Counted from the first letter of the stretch, positions 25,765 through 40,413 are shown. The stretch is DNA of 64,000 nucleotides from Amphiscolops sp. MND2022 (GCA_964187785.1 OZ076409.1:64668001-64732000); one strand, 5' to 3'. Numbers and translations: made by a program. The notes: a model not told the origin generated them from the letters alone.

Positions 25765-28700
25765 AAAACATTAAATTCAAGTTGGAGGTTTGCCTTTCGT
25801 GAGTTGAATTTGGCAGGACTAAAATTCCTTTTCGGTCCATCAAAACATTACTTTTTCTTCGAATGACCATAATCAACTAAAAATCTTTTAGTTGTGCAAA
25901 AAGTCCTATTGGTCATAAACAATACAGTCAACAAGCTGTGGTGGTAGAGCACCTGGATGAGCTGTTTCGCGTCCAGGGTACAGAACTAGGGTGGTTGGCT
26001 TGACACATTGATGTCCTGTAATCCAGGTGGTGTCCAGGTCAAGACTTGTTTTGGAGCACCAACTTTGGCTTGTGTAGAGGTTAACTTTTTGCTACCAAAC
26101 ACTATGGATCGCAGTTTGTAATTTTCTTGGGTCCTTGCCATTGTTGGAGAAAACACGATAAGGCTATGCCACTTGCGTCAGTGGTAAACCTCTTGCGACG
26201 AACTCTGAGTCTGGTTGACCTCAGACTGTAGCCCCATTTAGTGCAACCTTGATACCGTTGAAAGTTTGTTGTTGCTCTTTCCACTCAAAAAAGAGGTGTT
26301 AGTGCCAGTGAGTGCATGCAAATGGGTCAAATGTTTGTCGTGCCATGGATGGAAATCGCGATAATAAATAACGAAATCCCAGAACCTTCACATCTCGGTT
26401 TTGTTGCGGGGAATATCCCATTCACGTACCTCAGCAACCAACTGTTTTTTGGTGAGGTTTGATTCCGTCGGCTGAATGAACTCTGCCAAGACATTTGATC
26501 AAGGACTTTATGAAGTGACACTTGGATACTCTCATTTTGATTCCAGACTCACGTAGGCACTAAAAAGATTCACGAAGTCTTTCCATGTGATCTTCGATCT
26601 TCTCGTTTCATTAACCCTTCCATCAATGTATGCCATGACCATACTTCTTTCAGATTGATTTTCTTAACGCTCGCGCTATAGCTTGTTGAATAATTGCTCT
26701 TTCCGGAGACATGCGCCGCACTTCGACGAACCCAAGTTCTTTTGCGAAGACAGTTTTCTGGCGGTCGGCTTTGCGTACAGGAGTTTGGCAGAAAACGCAT
26801 GCGATGTCAAAACTGGTGCAGATCTTTCCTTTCTCGATGCGTGACAAATTTTGTTCAGTACGTGGCAGTGGGTGAGCGTCTCTGATAGTCACCTCCTTGA
26901 AAAGACGGACATCGCAACAAAATTGTAACTATCTATTCTTTTCCTTTCCCATCACAATACCACTCGCTCAAGCAGAAAGAGAAGGCTGAATCATGCTCGA
27001 GGCAAGGAGGTTGCGTTTTTTCTGATTGGCACATTCGGTATTTTCAGTTGACATCCGACGTGTACCTTCTCGGTGGAGTATAGGCTTCACCTCCACCGGA
27101 TGTTTGGCATTTTACATTTACCCATGTCTGGTGTGAATTTCATGAAAAGATCATCAAATTCAGGTTAAAGTTTATTGAGAGTGATCCCCGCAATTTTGTA
27201 CTTCGTGTAATTGCATTTCAGGGCCTGGGATCGAGGTCATCGATTCCAGATGCGTACGTTTTTTACATACCTTTCCACTAAGCCGGCGTCCGATGTCTCC
27301 GTCGTAAACAAAAATTTGAATTCATGTGAAGAACTAAATTTAGAGGTCAATCCATATTCATTTCATCATATTAGTTGAATTCATTAACTTCATTAGTTCA
27401 TTTCATCTATTCGTTTACGTTTTGGGATCAGTTTGTTGCTATTGAGCAGTTTGAGCAATAGCTTGATGAACTAAAATCACGGGTAGGGCTATTTCCAAGA
27501 GGGTACCGTTTTTCACTCTTTGGATGTTACTTTTTAATTTGCCTACGCTGGCATACAGTAAACCTGTTTCTCCAACGCTAGTCACGCTGTCCTCCAAAAA
27601 GACCGAATGTTTTAGGAATATCCTACTTGTTGCAAAGTTTATCAACGTTTCAAAACTCAAAATATTCCAAGTCGTTGGCGAGCAGTAGCACTCGAAATAT
27701 AGTGCAATTGGATGTGGATGAAATACTATGTTCTGTGCTGTAGCTACCTACGCACTCAACGTTTCACTATTTACTGGTGCGTCCGCCTGGTACCTTATTG
27801 GCTCGGAGGGTGCTCTCACGACAACTTTCATCGCCGTCAGGTCAACTAAAACATGATAGGTTCGCAGGAAGTTTCTGCCCACAAGGAAGTCTTCCACACC
27901 CATGGCATCGTCGACGACGACAACTTTCGTTTTCAATTGATAGCCACTCAATTGAAATTTATTGCCTTCTGCTGACCCGAAAAATTTGATTGGTTTTTTG
28001 GTACATACAAGTCAAGACCATAAGTTCAGCGTATGGCACGCGTCTCTCTCCGCCGCTAGCTTGGTGTAGGTCAAAAACGCTAGAAGGATGACTCCTGGGT
28101 CACTATCAATCAGGCCTTCCAACGGTAAGGATGCGGCCTCTGGCATGGTGAAAGACACCACGAGCGGTGCACGCTCATCAACGAAGGCTTCACCCGTCAG
28201 CTTGTGTTTGTTGTTGCTATAACAGCGTAGTTATTTTCCCAGGCATATGCCAAGAGAAAAAGCGTCAGTGATCACTGTAGCATTAAAATGCATCTTAACT
28301 CCATCAATTTCAATTCGGACATGGAAAAGGGAATAGGCATGGTACAATGAGATAACTTCCTTTACCCGTTATTCTTCAGGTTGTGTCAATGTTAATTGTT
28401 GTTATGCAGGATTTTTGGATATCTCACCTAACAAAGGTTCCATTGGAAGTTCGGGGTGACGCTCTCTTTCAGCGGCTAAAACCTGCCGTATACTCATCAC
28501 TGTTCTTCTCGAGGGATCAAAAGTGGTTGATTCTGGGCTTGTTTGCAATTGGATTTTTCCAAAATTAGCTAACAGGTGTAGTTACTTGTGTGGTTTTTGC
28601 AGGTTGCCAAAAAGACCTTCTCATCGTCGCTGGTGGTTTGATGTGAGGGTGATTGCTCAGACTACAGGCTGTAGGCGAAGTCATCATGCACTGCCATATT

Positions 28701-31700
28701 TTGGCAATCTGATCTTTTCACGACTGACACAAAAAACTGGGCCTGTGCATTCAGCAGCAAAGTTGATTCACTTGTGTTCACTTGATCATTCTGTGCGGCG
28801 GCATGCTCTGTATCAGCTGCTTTACAAGCTTGATCTCGTATGAGGTTTTCACGGACAAAGGGATCAGACTCCCCGCAGTTGAAGCAAGGTCCTTGGGCAG
28901 CTCTCATGCGTTGCATTGGTGCCAGCATTTGACACAGGATGCACCTTGTTGAGATGCTGCTGATTTTGTGAACGTTTGCTGGGTTTCGGTACTCCAGGCG
29001 TGGTGTGCACCATTTTGTCTGGCACGCAATGATGACGTCCTGACCTCAAGGAGTATCTGGGAACAAAAGGCGGCTAGAAAGTTGTTGGTCGATGCTGAAT
29101 TTGGCGGGTCGTGAATCTCAATGATTCAACTGTAGGGGGTTCCGTTAAATAGATGCTATCCCCGGACACGACAGCCAATTCCTGTCTCAGGATTGGGTCC
29201 GCACTCCATCTGCAAACCTTTGGAGGATTTCGAATCCTCGCGTAGTGATAGGACATTGAAATGAGATATCACTGTGAATTGAAGTTGTTCAGGTGATGAT
29301 GCTCCTTCTTCGGCGACCAGGGATGGTGCTAGGCTGCTGCCCTTGGTATATTTAAGAGAGTCATTGATGGCGTCCAAGGCAATTGCCTCCTTTTTTCTGG
29401 TGCTGCTGGCACAAGGGTTGTCGGTAGGCAAGCGCTCATCGACAGTTGAAAGGCTGAAGTAGTTTCGGAGAGTTGCAATTGCAGATAGAAAGTTGCCATT
29501 CCAGTCGTTGCATCAGCATAAGTAGGATCTTGTAGGTCCGAGATCTCCATAGTGGAAGTTTCAATGGATATTGGATCAATCCTTGTATCGTTTGTGCATG
29601 ACGTGTGTGGTCGATAAAGGTTTCGTTTGTTTTGGATAGATATCTGTGTTAAGTCGATTGCGGTAGATTTAAAAAATTCCTATAGATTTGAACATCCCGT
29701 TCCTTGAGGCTTGGGCCAGTGATACTTCAATGTCATTCAGTAAGTCCTTGGCAGTACCTCCCAAAGACTCAGCAGCAGGTCCTGCCTTTTGCAAGCCCGT
29801 GCTCTCTGCCTGAATCTGTGAGCACATCTCATGCATTTGTGTCTCCACACGGAAGAATTCTAGCTGTGTCAGAAATCTTCCATTTTGGCTGTTCGATAAC
29901 CCATGGCGTCCATACGAGCGACATGGGCTTCTTGACTCTGCGAATGACGTTCAGTTGACATTCACAATTCGTCCTGGTCAGTTTCAATTTCTGCGATGAT
30001 AACTTAGTGCTCTCGTAATCAACCTTACCTTCCGTTAGCCTTGTGGCAGAATTTCGTGCTTCCATCTCCGCCTTTAACAATGATTTGCGGACAAAATTTG
30101 CTTCATGTATGCTGAAGATCTGCTAGACGTTGCTTTTGCTTCCTGTGGAGTTGATAGCAATGCATCATGCGGCTCGGAAATTGTCGTTTGAGTGAGCAAA
30201 AGCCCTCACATGCTTGCCCGACCAGATGCCCTATAAGCTGTGGCTTCCTCAAGGCGTTCGCGGGCATTGCTCATCCCATCCACGTGAGACATCTGTAGCC
30301 ATATGTACGTTCAGTGTCATCACTTGCCATGCTGGTTACGTCTGTGGGTTTCAAGCAACATAATCCTTCTTCGCTCTGGGCTCAAGTGTAGTTAGGTCTT
30401 GGCCTAGTATCATGTGCTTCCGCTCTTGAAGTTAGGTTTTGGGAAATTCCGGTGGCGTTTTGGTTGTCTAAACCCGACCATCAGATTCATCAAAACTTTT
30501 CTATGTGACTCCTTTTGTTCTAACCGTCTCCATCGTTTGATACTCGTCATACGCCTCGGATACTTCGTGACTATTAAACTGTGCTCGGTTTGCCAATCTT
30601 TCTTTCTTGGATGAGAAGTGAAGTCAGAGACCATGCTGATATTTGCCTTCTTCATCTCCGATTTCACTTCCAAAACCCTTGTGGGATGATTAGGTTGCAT
30701 CGCGCTACCCTACCCTCCCACTTGCAAAGAAACGATGGGCTCCGAGGCATCACAGTGACTCAATCTGTTGAATTCTAATTTCCACTACGTTCTGAGTAGT
30801 TTTCCAGTATAGATTTTTTGATTAGTCGAGTCAATTTTTCCAAAACTTGCAACCACTTGCTTTATTAGTTCAACGCGTTGCTACATTGGTGGTTACCTTC
30901 AGCATCCAAATAGAAGGCATTGTTGGTTCGTCAAAGTTGAAAAAGTTCGGAAATTTCGTTCTTTTCTGAACTGAAAGCATCAAAGAACTTTTCTCGAGTT
31001 TGGAGAACGCTAGGTCGACCACAGTTTTTGGTCAAACGTTTATTTTAGTGACAGTTATGGAGGGTTAATTGTTCTTTGGGTTGAGTCACAATTTACGTGA
31101 CCCGCCTTCTGTTTTGGGACAGACCGATTTGATGAAATGTTGAGGGTTTTCAATGTGATTATTGACCTTTCTCGACACTGAAAAAATATTAGATACGTGT
31201 TTTACATTTAATGTTAAAAGTCACGTAGTAACCAGAACCCTTGCGCTTCAACTAATTTAAAACAAAAACCTACCTATTGAGTTTTAACAACCATGCATTG
31301 TACTCTAGAAGCAATCGAGGTTTTTCGGGCTAACTTGATATCAAGTTTTTCAAAAATGCAGAAAAAGTAGCTTTCGGGTGCCCTGACGTGCGCGTCAAAC
31401 TAGTCATTGACCACTAGCGTTTTAGGTTTCGGATCACACCGCAGTGGCGTTTGGTGCCGTGCCTTACTCACTTTTGATAAAATTGGTTTTTTACAACAAA
31501 GGTTTGCATAGTGCTAAAATTGCAACTTTGGGTACCAAAACGTTTTTTGACGAATCCTTAGGGACTCTGCGCTCTTTTTGTTTGTGTACTGCAGTTGTAC
31601 TGGTTTATGTACTGGTTGCGACTTGTGTCAAGAGCTCTTACGCTCTACTCTCACGTAGTAGTTTCAGCTCGAAAATGCTAAACAAGGCAATTTTTGCTTA

Positions 31701-32301
31701 CAAAACACAAAACACGAAAGAAGTGTAAAAACACTCAAACAGTTACAAGAGGTTGGTAATGACAGTAGCTTTGAGCAATCCCATTTCCTTTCATCATATT
31801 TTCTCGCCGAAGCCAGCCAAAAACAAACGATTTGAACCTTTTAAAACGTCAGCAATTGTGCTAAATTCCATCAAATGCCATTCCTCCAGAACGTCACCAC
31901 GAGAAATGGGAAGAGAGAGTCGCAAACACTCGTTTTGGCATGATTCAAATTTCTTCCGAGCAAGGTTTGTCCCGTCTTCAACCCCCGCTTGCATGGTCCA
32001 AAAAGCTAAAAAGGTTCCAAAACCCCTGTTAACATTCACTGCGGTCCAATAGCGGCACGCTAGACCAATACCGGATTACCCGTTGAGGGGACCAAGAAAC
32101 ATTCCACTTATACCTGTAAATTTGTCAAAAAAAATTACACAGGGTAATTTCAAAAAATTACTCTTCAACAGCAGTCGAAAAGCCTCAAATGATATACATA
32201 CGTTCCGCAATAGTGAAGACCTATTCTCCTGTCAGAATGGGGTTGAACTTGGCGTCAATCATCGGTTCGTTTAATACCACTGAGGGAAGTACTCCGAGGA
32301 G

Positions 32302-32319
32302 ATCCCTCCGTGGTCTTCA
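32302..32319 (-). promoter_or_regulatory. Degenerate PBS, tRNA-Arg-like
   Basis: Minus strand reads TGAAGACCACGGAGGGAT, resembling TGGCGACCACGAAGGGA, 5 nt from the LTR end. Confidence 0.55.
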
Positions 32320-32324
32320 TAAAA

Positions 32325-33626
32325 TGAAATGTCTCGATGTAACGGCAAGCTGTCGCCATTGATTCTGCGCCAATCGGATAGAATCTATGACATGGGCATG
32401 TGCCCGGACAGACACCCATAGCCATAGCCCATTTTTGTCCGGGAGTAAAATGTGTCCTGTCAGGTGGAGATTCCACCTCTCAGGAGCACTTGCCGACATG
32501 CTCTAGTCTTGAGTGCTGTCACTATCATAAATTATGCTGCTCTTCTTCAAAATCACCGTCTAGACAGCTTTTATAAATGAAAATGGTATGGTGCCAAAAG
32601 TAAATTCTTTCAGAATACAGGACATGGAGAACTTATAGCTCACGAGCTAATACAACCATAAAACACGATGAATAACAGCTTCCTTGACAATCTACGGAAA
32701 TTAGTAAGGGAACACACGCACCTTTTGCTTGATTGAGCCAAGAGACTCATTCAATGCATTTTTTTACTATGCGAAGCATCTTACTAAAGAAAGCACCAGT
32801 TTGTCATGGCAAGATTTGCAGTTTGCTTTTTGAGAGTTCTCGTGAGAACTTTGCGTTTGTCTTTATCTGCTATTTTGGGTCTGCTACGTGGCAGATATGA
32901 TTCGGAGCCTTCCCAATTCTCCGGAAAACTCTTTTCACTGAGACGGCAGCATTTTTTTGGCAACCAAATGAAAATTGCGGTTGCCTTGCTCCTTGACAGC
33001 ATTTTTAACCACGATGTAATGGGTGCTCGTTTTATACTCCCCGGAGTCCATGCTCGGCGTCCCCATTAGGATACTTATGCCGCAACCAACTAGCAAGACC
33101 TTGCTAGTTCGAATAACATCCAATAAAAACGCGTTCTTATTTCAGATACGCGTTACGAGTATTGCTCGTTACACTGGTTGATTTGGCGTTACGCTTAGTG
33201 ATCAAAATTCAGTAAATGACTACTTTACACTCTCTACAATTACGTACTGTGACTGGTTTCCACTTCACACACGAATGGAAACATCGTTTGGAGTTATTTT
33301 TACTCACGGTGTGTACCAAAATTCTTTACTGGTAATCACTTTTTTCTAATTACGCTCAATGATCTCATTCCGAAATTTCTGATTACACTGTGCATCAACA
33401 TGCACTGTTTGACTAGAATACGGTTCGCTCTCGTCTTACGGAAAATTCACTTTACACTTGATGATAAATTCCACTTTTGCGGCATATGTATCGTAATGCC
33501 CACCAAGCAGGCAGCTGAGTTGCTGCTAGGGAGTATGAAGTTATCATGATTCGTCTTGCATCACGGATGTTGTCATTGAAGAGTGCCGTTGCCGGCATCA
33601 CGTGTGATTCTACAGCTTGTTATACA
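32325..33626 (-). repeat. 5' LTR of the minus-strand element, about 1.3 kb
   Basis: TGAAATG...TTATACA on the plus strand; aligns with 24807-25764 and 35039-36360. Confidence 0.8.
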
Positions 33627-34774
33627 CTGCAAGTTGCAGGTTTGCCTTTGCAGCAACTTGATTGCAACTCGCAGTTCCCTTGTTCATTGAACGAATTTTT
33701 CAATCTTGATATAAGATGTGATCGCTACATACATACGACAAACGATATCTAAAGCACTAAAGAAAAATGAAGAGACATAAGAACCAACAAAAATGCCATG
33801 AAAACGCAAAAGAAATCACGAAAGACCGCAAATACAACGACTGCGGTTTCTGTGGACTACCTTTATTATTCAACACAGATGCCCCGCGAAAGAAGATGCC
33901 TGCAACAACTGGGAAAAAAGCGGACACTTTGCTTGAGTGTCACAAAACTAACTGAAAACAACGCCAGAAAAGTAGTGATGTACACAATGACCATCGATGT
34001 CCAGGCGAAGACGAAGACTATGTTCAATTATGCTATATAGATGTGTCAACGTTTTTATCCAGAAACAATACTATTTTGTACAAAAGCTTTGCAAGACCAC
34101 GTTTCCTTGTTTCAAGATCTTTAAAGGTAATTTTGGGTCTGACGGAGCACATCCAAAGTTCCAATTTTTTTTCCAAATTGCGCCAAACAACTAACCCCAC
34201 GTCAAAAATGAGTCAAGGAAAAAATCTTATAAAAAAGTTTTGGCATCGCAAGTAGAGTTTCTCTTGATGTCGCGAAACCTTCAAAAAAATGGCCCCCAGC
34301 AGAATTCTGACTCACCGAAATTTGACATTTCGTTTTTGTCTCTTTGCTCGAGGAGCCAAACTTAGTGCTTGAATTTTAAACTGTCGTAATTCGTGAAAAA
34401 AATTAACGAAAAAAAGAACGAAAAGAAGCATGGAAAAAGAACGCTGAAACGAAAATATTGGGAAACCACTGAAAACTTAGTTGATTTAGAAGCCTTCTTT
34501 CTGTTTCAAAGATATTGTAATGAAGAACAGCCACAAAAAAACTGCATGTCAAATGCATCAATAGAGGTGTTTCTCAATCATTTATTCTTCGGTTATAAAA
34601 ATAATAAATCTTGGAAACATTTATCGTCGACTGGGGACAATAAAACATGGGGAGCATCTATTTTTTGCATTTACTATTCAAAAGTTTTAGGAGTTTTATC
34701 TTTGTGGAAGCGCGAAAGCCGCCAAAATTACGTAAATCTTTTAAAGAAATGCTAGAACTAACAGGTTGTGTACT

Positions 34775-37510
34775 AACAAAATTCGCAAAGGCAAGGTTAA
34801 AAATTGGTTGGGCACGTGGCGAATTTCTTAAGCCAAACAAGAGGACAGAGAAACTCCAGAATAAAATTGGATAAGAAACTGATATACAAATAAAAAGCTG
34901 CCAGCTCAAAGACAAGAAACAAGAGGATCTACTAATCTCCAAACTTATGACAAGCAACATTGAAAGAACTTCAGCGAAAAATTCATACAAAAGAAAATAC
35001 TAGATATTGAAATATATATGTAATTGAGTACTCATGCATGATACTCGAACGGCAAGCTGTCGCCATTCATTCTGCGCCAATAGAGAGGAAAGAATCAATG
35101 ACATGGGTATATGACCGGACAAGTACCCATAACCATAGGCCCATTTTCGTCCTGGAGTAAAATGTCTCCCGTCAGGAAGAGATTCCACCTCTCAGGAGCA
35201 CTTGCCGACATGCTCTAGTCTTAAGTGCTGTCACTGACATATATTATGCTACTCTTCTTCTTCAAAATCAACGTCTAGACAGCCTTTAAAAATGAAGGTG
35301 GTATGGTGCCAAAGGTAAATTCTTTCAGAATACAGGACATCAAGAAATCATAGCTCACGAGCTAATACAACAAAAAAAAACACAATAAATAACAGCATCA
35401 TTGACAATCTACGGCAAATAGTAACGGAACACAAGCATAGCATGCTTGATTAAGCAAAGAGACACATTCAATGCAATCATTACTTTGAGTAGGATTTTAT
35501 TAAAAAAAGCGTCAGTCTTATGCGCGGTCTGTCCTGGCAAGATTTGCAGTTTGCTTTTTGAGAGTTCTCGTGAGAACTTTGCGTTTGTTTTTATCTGCTA
35601 TTTTGGGTCTGCTACGTGGCAGATATGATTCGGAGCCTTCCCAATTCTCCGGAAAACTCTTTTCACTGAGACGGCAGCATTTTTTTGGCAACCAAATGAA
35701 AATTGCGGTTGCCTTGCTCCTTGACAGCATTTTTAACCACGATGTAATGGGTGCTCGTTTTATACTCCCCGGAGTCCATGCTCGGCGTCCCCATTAGGAT
35801 ACTTATGCCGCAACCAACTAGCAAGACCTTGCTAGTTCGAATAACATCCAATAAAAACGCGTTCTTATTTCAGATACGCGTTACGAGTATTGCTCGTTAC
35901 ACTGGTTGATTTGGCGTTACGCTTAGTGATCAAAATTCAGTAAATGACTACTTTACACTCTCTACAATTACGTACTGTGACTGGTTTCCACTTCACACAC
36001 GAATGGAAACATCGTTTGGAGTTCTTTTTACTCACGGTGTGTACCAAAATTCTTTACTGGTAATCACTTTTTTCTAATTACGCTCAATGATCTCATTCCG
36101 AAATTTCTGATTACACTGTGCATCAACATGCACTGTTTGACTAGAATACGGTTCGCTCTCGTCTTACGGAAAATTCACTTTACACTTGATGATAAATTCC
36201 ACTTTTGCGGCATATGTATCGTAATGCCCACCAAGCAGGCAGCTGAGTTGCTGCTAGGGAGTATGAAGTTATCATGATTCGTCCTGCATCACGGATGTTG
36301 TCATTGAAGAGTGCCGTTGCCGGCATCACGTGTGATTTTACATTCTACCTGTGTTATACACTGCAAGTTGCAGGTTTGCCTTTGCAGCAACTTGATTGCA
36401 ACTCGCAGTTCCCTTGTTCATTGAACGAATTTTTCAATCTTGATATAAGATGTGATCGCTACATACATACGACAAACGATATCTAAAGCACTAAAGAAAA
36501 ATGAAGAGACATAAGAACCAACAAAAATGCCATGAAAACGCAAAAGAAATCACGAAAGACCGCAAATACAACGACTGCGGTTTCTGTGGACTACCTTTAT
36601 TATTCAACACAGATGCCCCGCGAAAGAAGATGCCTGCAACAACTGGGAAAAAAGCGGACACTTTGCTTGAGTGTCACAAAACTAACTGAAAACAACGCCA
36701 GAAAAGTAGTGATGTACACAATGACCATCGATGTCCAGGCGAAGACGAAGACTATGTTCAATTATGCTATATAGATGTGTCAACGTTTTTATCCAGAAAC
36801 AATACTATTTTGTACAAAAGCTTTGCAAGACCACGTTTCCTTGTTTCAAGATCTTTAAAGGTAATTTTGGGTCTGACGGAGCACATCCAAAGTTCCAATT
36901 TTTTTTCCAAATTGCGCCAAACAACTAACCCCACGTCAAAAATGAGTCAAGGAAAAAATCTTATAAAAGTTTTGGCATCGCAAGTAGAGTTTCTCTTGAT
37001 GTCGCGAAACCTTCAAAAAAATGGCCCCCAGCAGAATTCTGACTCACCGAAATTTGACATTTCGTTTTTGTCTCTTTGCTCGAGGAGCCAAACTTAGTGC
37101 TTGAATTTTAAACTGTCGTAATTCGTGAAAAAAATTAACGAAAAAAAGAACGAAAAGAAGCATGGAAAAAGAACGCTGAAACGAAAATATTGGGAAACCA
37201 CTGAAAACTTAGTTGATTTAGAAGCCTTCTTTCTGTTTCAAAGATATTGTAATGAAGAACAGCCACAAAAAAACTGCATGTCAAATGCATCAATAGAGGT
37301 GTTTCTCAATCATTTATTCTTCGGTTATAAAAATAATAAATCTTGGAAACATTTATCGTCGACTGGGGACAATAAAACATGGGGAGCATCTATTTTTTGC
37401 ATTTACTATTAAAAACTTTTAGGAGTTTTATCTTTGTGGAAGCGCGAAAGCCGCCAGAATAACGTAACTCTTTTAAAGAAATGCTAGAACTAACAGGTTG
37501 TGTACTAACA
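34775..37510 (+). repeat. Second unit of a tandem segmental duplication (of 24543-34778) in which the element is reduced to a solo LTR
   Basis: 34775 to about 35540 is near-identical to 24543 to about 25310, and about 35540-37510 is near-identical to about 32810-34778. Confidence 0.88.
35039..36360 (-). repeat. Chimeric solo LTR
   Basis: Same ATGCA/CTGCA flanks as the full element; left part carries left-LTR variants, right part carries right-LTR variants including the 435-bp segment. Confidence 0.85.
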
Positions 37511-37621
37511 CAACCGTACTCGAAAAAGATTAGAAAGGAATCATTGCCACATGGTGTAAATTCAAAATACAGTTACTCCAAATTTTAATATTTTTATCTG
37601 AGAATCGAGTTAGCTACAACA
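37435..37621 (+). repeat. 5' LTR family B (187 bp); truncated duplicate at about 34703-34778
   Basis: Aligns with 48075-48260 with many substitutions. Confidence 0.9.
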
Positions 37622-40313
37622 TGGCGCTGCGAGATTATTCATCGGACAGCGGGAACATGGCAAAAGCAGCCGGAACATCAGCAGTCGCGAAATTGCCAAC
37701 ATATTGGGAGTCGCCAGAATCAGCTGCTAAAATAGAATGTGAGGAGTGGTGGAAGCTGTTCATGGTCGCCGTAACCGCCAAATATTCAATATCGGTAGAA
37801 GAATTACTTCGAACTGTAACAGAGCAAAGACCACGAAATGCGGCCTAACTCAATAATTTGAACAAGCAAGCAGCTGAACAAAAACTAGTCAGTCTATTAT
37901 TCTTATCATTAGGAACTGCGGCAAGAAAAAACCTGACAGACAAAATTCTGTACATGATAATAGCCACAATGTCCATGAGAGAGATTAAAGACAATTGTGA
38001 ACAAGCATTCATGAAACCCCGAAATAGAACATTAGAACAATAGAAATTCTTTGCACAAAAAATGATAGAGAAAGTAACCTCACGACAGTTCTGGCACGCA
38101 TTAACAGGACAGTCAGCCAAATGCGAATTTGGAGATCAAACGGAGAGCCTTATAATGGACGCGTTCATACAAAAAAGGAACAACAAGGCATTACAAGAAA
38201 GACTCAAACACAAAACGTACGAAGGAAGAAGCACAGGAAAACGCGAAATGAAGCTAAACCAACATTCATGGTAAACGAAAACGAAAAACATGCACCAGGT
38301 GTGGATTCGATTTCACAAAAGAACATTTAGCTTGTTGTAACGAAAAGAACGAACAGTGCAGAAGTTGCGATATGTTTCCGCACGAATGTGCAGAATAACA
38401 AAATCTGGCAATTCGGGAGGAAGCGGAAGAAACACAAATCGTGCTAGAATGACACGACTGAATTTAATTGGACGAGAAGACGATCAATTAGAAGTTGGCT
38501 GCGATAACGACAAAGACAAAATGGTATTACACGTTAATTGAAGCGGTAATCAACCTTTCGTAATGAAAGGGAAAGTAAACAAAGAATCATTTACAGCTAT
38601 GACTGATTCAAGATCTCCAATTACAATTTTTACGCAAGCGGACTTACGAAAAATACGCAAATTAGATGTCATCTTCCCCGCTCGACCAATGCTGATCAAC
38701 GACAAATATGTCGATTACAATAATCAACCGCTTAATCTAGCGGGATTCATAACAGCAGACTTACAGTGGGGCGGAAGAACATCAAAAACGCAAGGATAGT
38801 CAACAATCGAGACAGGAAAAGATCACTAAATGGAAGAGACTGGCTAGCAAAACTGAACTTTAGAGTAGATGGAGCAAGTGAGAACAGTGGGAATAATAAC
38901 GCTGTTAATTACATAGATAACCAAAACATTTACATTGAAAAACTTAAACAAAAATTTCCAAATCTATTTACAACACAAGGAAAAATGAAGACTATCAAAA
39001 ACACATTGAGTTCAAGCAAAATGCAATGATTACCCAACAGAAGGGACGAAGAGTGCCACTGCAATGACAGGGAGCAGTAGAAAAAGAAAACGATAAACTG
39101 CTGGGAGAAGAACCAAACATCATCAGAAGAAATGAGGAACGACTGGTTCACAGGTAACGAAATGAAACATGAAAAGTCTGTTTGAGGTGAGCAGAAACAG
39201 AGTGGAGAAGGAAAACAACCAATCACACACGAGCTGGCAGAAAGAAATGAGCGCGAGAAAACGGAGAAAGCGGCAAGTGTGAACGTAGAGAGTAAACAGA
39301 CTAAACAAACAATAAAAAGCATAATTGGTCTCAATTAACGAGAACGACAGCGATAGTAAAACGGACAAAATAAGCTCAAGTGAATCAGAAATGGAAATAT
39401 CAGCTACTGAATTTGCAAACAAACTGCCATTAAGAATTCCAATTTGCTACTCAAAAAATCAAGTTGAGATTCTCTAAACACAAGGGAACTACACGTTTGC
39501 CGCAAATTTCGAAAGCGACGAATTTCACAAAAAAAACCAAGACTAATGAAAACGCCGGACATTACAAAGCTAAACTGATTACCGGCTCCGTGGCGTGAAA
39601 GTTTCGCTGCTTCAGTAGAGACAGCAACGATTACATTTTATTGGACAAAAGACTGGAAGTCCAAAAAGCACTGTGCCCCATTAACTTACGAAGTCTACAT
39701 TATGGCCTACCAGGACGCGACAGCATGCTGGCAACAGTTGAAAACGTATTGTGGCCAAAACTACACCGAGAAGTAGTGGGGCTAGCAAAACACTGCCAAC
39801 AATGCCAAGTATCCGGTAAAAACAAAAAACCAATGCTAAGACAAAAGGAAAGAGGCGACTTCCAACGTGTACTGTTGATCACTACAATAGATGGCCAGAA
39901 GCTAAATGTCTATGAAAACCAAACACAGAGAAAGTAATAGAATTTCTAAAGGAAAACATAGCAAGACATGGAATCCCACAATACGAACGGACCCTTCCAC
40001 AATTTTGAAAAGTAACCGATTCAAACTGTTCTGTGAAACTAGATGAAAAAAGTACGTAGTGTCGCGCTATGACTAACGCTCTAACAAACGGTGCTGTTTA
40101 TATTAAAATGACACAGGCATAAAAGAAACAGGAAATGGAACTAACGTTGTGTGGGAGCGAAGAAGTGAAGGGAATAAAATGGTAATGGCGGCGGCCATAA
40201 CGCGGCGGCCGCGAAGAGAAATAGAATAATAAGGAAGTACTACGCGAGAGGAATTGCACAAGTGAAAAGTTCTATTGTTTACCGCGTAGATTTAAAATTT
40301 TACTGAAACCGTC

Positions 40314-40413
40314 ATTGGCTGTCCGCAAGTCATGCCGGTCTAGGCCCTCCAGCGGAAAGTGCGGAAAGTGCGGAACGGTTTTTATACCGCGCGCACAGGC
40401 TGGAGCTTCATTC
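40314..40413 (+). promoter_or_regulatory. Putative Pol II promoter in the LTR (also at +4901 in the 3' LTR)
   Basis: ATTGG at 40314; GCGGAA three times at 9-nt spacing (40352-40375); TTTATA at 40381; Inr-like TCATTC at 40408, about 27 nt downstream. Confidence 0.6.

Larger units (their letters stand above)
24807..33626 (-). mobile_element. Old Gypsy-type LTR retrotransposon on the minus strand, decayed and deleted
   Basis: Diverged direct repeats 24807-25764 and 32325-33626; flanks ATGCA/CTGCA (5-bp TSD, 1 mismatch); minus-strand GPCFNCG knuckle (about 28890) and protease tail DFLVGRNFL (about 27880); Arg-like PBS on the minus strand at 32302-32319. Confidence 0.78.
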
